DNA from: Vicugna vicugna
Lineage: Eukaryota
Assembly (NCBI GenBank): GCA_013265495.1
Contig: MU058636.1
Coordinates: 6,669,741 to 6,733,740, forward strand
Reading direction: 5' to 3'
Length of the DNA stretch: 64,000 nt
Every line of letters starts with the position of its first letter. The first letter of the stretch is position 1. The notes under the pieces were generated by a model. The model saw only the letters and a program-made list of their open reading frames with translations, did not search any database and was not told the origin of the DNA. Below, piece by piece: positions 61,620-64,000 of this stretch. The translations under genes and the position numbers were made by a program.

Positions 61620-64000
61620 GCTGTGTTTTGATTTTGTATCCTGCAGTCTTGCTGAATTTATTAGCACCAATAGTTTTTAGTGTGTGTGTCTGGATTCTAT
61701 AGGATTTTCTATATATAAAATTATGTCATCTGCAAATAGAGGTAATTTTACTTCTTCCTTTCTAATCTGAATGCTTTTTATTTCTTTTTCTTGCCTAATT
61801 GTCCTGTCTAGAATCTCCAGTATAATGTGGAACAGAAAGAACATTAGTGCAGGTATCCTTGTCTTGTTTCTGGTCTTAAGGTCAAAGCTTTCAGTCTTTT
61901 AGCTTTAAGTGTATTGTTAGCTGTGAGTTTTTCATTGATACTTTTTTATCAGATTGGGGAAGCTCCATTCTATTCCTACTTTGCTAAATTCTTTAAAATA
62001 GAAGGGTGTTGGATTTTGTCAAATGCCCTTTCTGCTTTTATTAAGATGATCTTTACAAAGAACCAGCTTTTGGTTTTGCTGTGTTTTCTCTCTTGTTTTT
62101 CTTATTCTCTATTTAAGTAATTTTTCCTGGAATTCTTAGTGTTTTCTTCCTTCCTCTTATTTTATGTTTAGTTTGTTCTTTCATTATCCAGTTTTATAAG
62201 GTGGAAGACTTGCTTTTTGATTTAAGGTCTTCTTTTTTATTATAAGTACTTATAATGCTAAGTTTCCCTCAAAGTACTGCTTTGGACCCTGCTTATATTT
62301 TGATATTTGTATCTTTATTTTCATTCATATCGAAATATTTTATAATTTCCCTTTGACTTCTTCTTTGACACTTTTTTTTAGCAATTTGGTGTTTATTTCT
62401 ACAATATTTTTGAATTTCTGAAATTTCTTCCTATTTGTTTCTAATTTGATTCCATTTTGGTCAGAGAATGTACTCTGTTTTATATTTATCCTTTTAAGTT
62501 ATTCAGGATTGATTTACGGGTTAACATTGGTCTATCTGATGTCTGATGTACAGTTAAGAATTACATGTTCTGCTGTTCTTGGTGGAGTGTTACAGAAATG
62601 TCTTTTAGGTCTAATCACCTTACAGTGTTCAAGTCTTCTGTTTTTTTGTTGACTTGTGCCTAGTTATTCTATCCACTCTTCAAGTTGGAAATTGAAGTCT
62701 TCAGCTATTATTATTACCTTGTCTATTTCTCCCTTCATTTCTGTCAGGTTCTTCATGTATTTTGGTGCTCAGTTGTTAGGTGCACATATGTTATCATCTT
62801 TCTGATGGATTGACTCTTATTATTATTATTAAATGTCACTCTACCTCTAATAACATATTTTGCTTTAAAATCTGTTTTCTCTGATATTAGTACAGCCACT
62901 GCAGCTTTCTTGTGATTTGTTGATAAATTTCCCATTGCTTTTACTTTGAATCTATTTTTGACTTTGAATCTACAGTATGACTCTTATAGAAATACATTGT
63001 TGGATCTTATTTTATTATCCAGTCTAATAATCTCTGCCTGTTGAGTGGATTGTTTATTCCATTCACCTTTAATGTTGTTGGATTTATATCTGTCATTTTA
63101 TTTTTGTTACCTTTATCTCATATTCTTTTTATTCCTTTATTCCCCTTTACTGCTTTCGAGTTGAATATTTTCTAATGTAGCATTTTCATTTAATAATTTT
63201 TCACTCCTTTTTTTTTGTTTTTACTTATTACTTAATGGTAGCTATTGACTTACCATTTACATTTTTGCTTATCAAACTCAGCTTCAGACTTAGACTGACG
63301 TAATTCCAGTGAGATACAGAAATGTTTCTCCTTATAGATCTATTGTGTTTTTCTTCTTTTTGTGATATTGTTACACATAGTACATATTAGTATTGGTTAC
63401 AAACCCAACATTACATTATTGTAATTATTACATTATGTAATTGAATGTCTTTTAAGGAAGCTGAGAGAAGAAAGAAAATCAACTGTATGTTTATAGCTTT
63501 TGTTATATTAACTTCATTTTTCATTTATGGATTTCCTCATTTGTTCACTTACCACCTGGAGTCATTTCCTTAGCTCATTATGGCTTTCCCACCCATCTTC
63601 TTTGTGTTGTTATTAGGAAATATGTTACAATTCTGTGTTATAAGCAAAACCATACATTGTATACATACTATTTCATAAAATTGGTTTGAAATAGTTAAGA
63701 GGGGAAAAGAATAAATATGCGTTTATACCATGTTTTATAACTATGACTACTAGTGCTCTGTTTTTCATGTGGATTCAAATTACTGTCTGAGTCAATTACT
63801 TTTAGCTTGAAGGACTTCCTTTGTATTTCTTGTAAGATAGGTCAGGTAGCAGCAAATTATCTCAGTTCTTATTTGTTTGGGAATGTATCTTACTTTCCTT
63901 TTAGATATGAAAACTAGATTTGCTAGTTATAAATTCTTAGTTGATAGTTTTTTCTTAGAGTATTTTGAATGTTTTATTCCTCTGTGTTTGGCCTCTGCTT
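61620..64000 (-). mobile_element. Old decayed L1 ORF2 / inter-ORF fragments
   Basis: ATGTCATCTGCAAA (FADD region); minus ORF 62753-62935 KAAVAVLISEKTDFKAK (endonuclease); large internal deletions. Confidence 0.8.

Noticed and set aside
1..64000. CRISPR arrays, rRNA, prokaryotic systems, or the nested MAB21L1 gene
   Set aside because: No repeat-spacer array, rRNA or matching long ORF was seen; MAB21L1 lies in a much later NBEA intron.

Overview
AT-rich mammalian genomic DNA, probably camelid because it carries two tRNA-derived SINEs resembling the Tylopoda Vic-1 family. The window lies inside the neurobeachin gene (NBEA, + strand). Seven coding exons of 232, 101, 96, 122, 127, 120 and 147 bp (29938-48446) have GT-AG boundaries and splice into one 315-codon frame. 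From memory these correspond to human exons 2-8, so positions 1-29937 are the end of the upstream intron. About 500 bp after the last exon is a young, apparently intact full-length LINE-1 (about 7.1 kb, antisense to NBEA) with a perfect 17-bp target-site duplication, open ORF1 (300 aa) and ORF2 (1265 aa) and a CpG-rich 5'UTR. The rest is intronic repeat debris (old L1, L2, MIR, LTRs, an ERVL internal remnant, DNA-transposon MITEs) plus a 36-N gap. No new biological system can be demonstrated from sequence alone. The best leads are inside the L1: an ORF0-like antisense ORF/YY1 site pointing into NBEA, a long inter-ORF spacer with a splice acceptor and a small ORF overlapping the ORF2 start, a 59-bp monomer array and a 6-aa ORF2 deletion. 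A perfect ChoRE-like double E-box palindrome in the upstream intron is also worth checking. Repeat family names come from recalled consensus motifs, and boundaries of old repeats are approximate.
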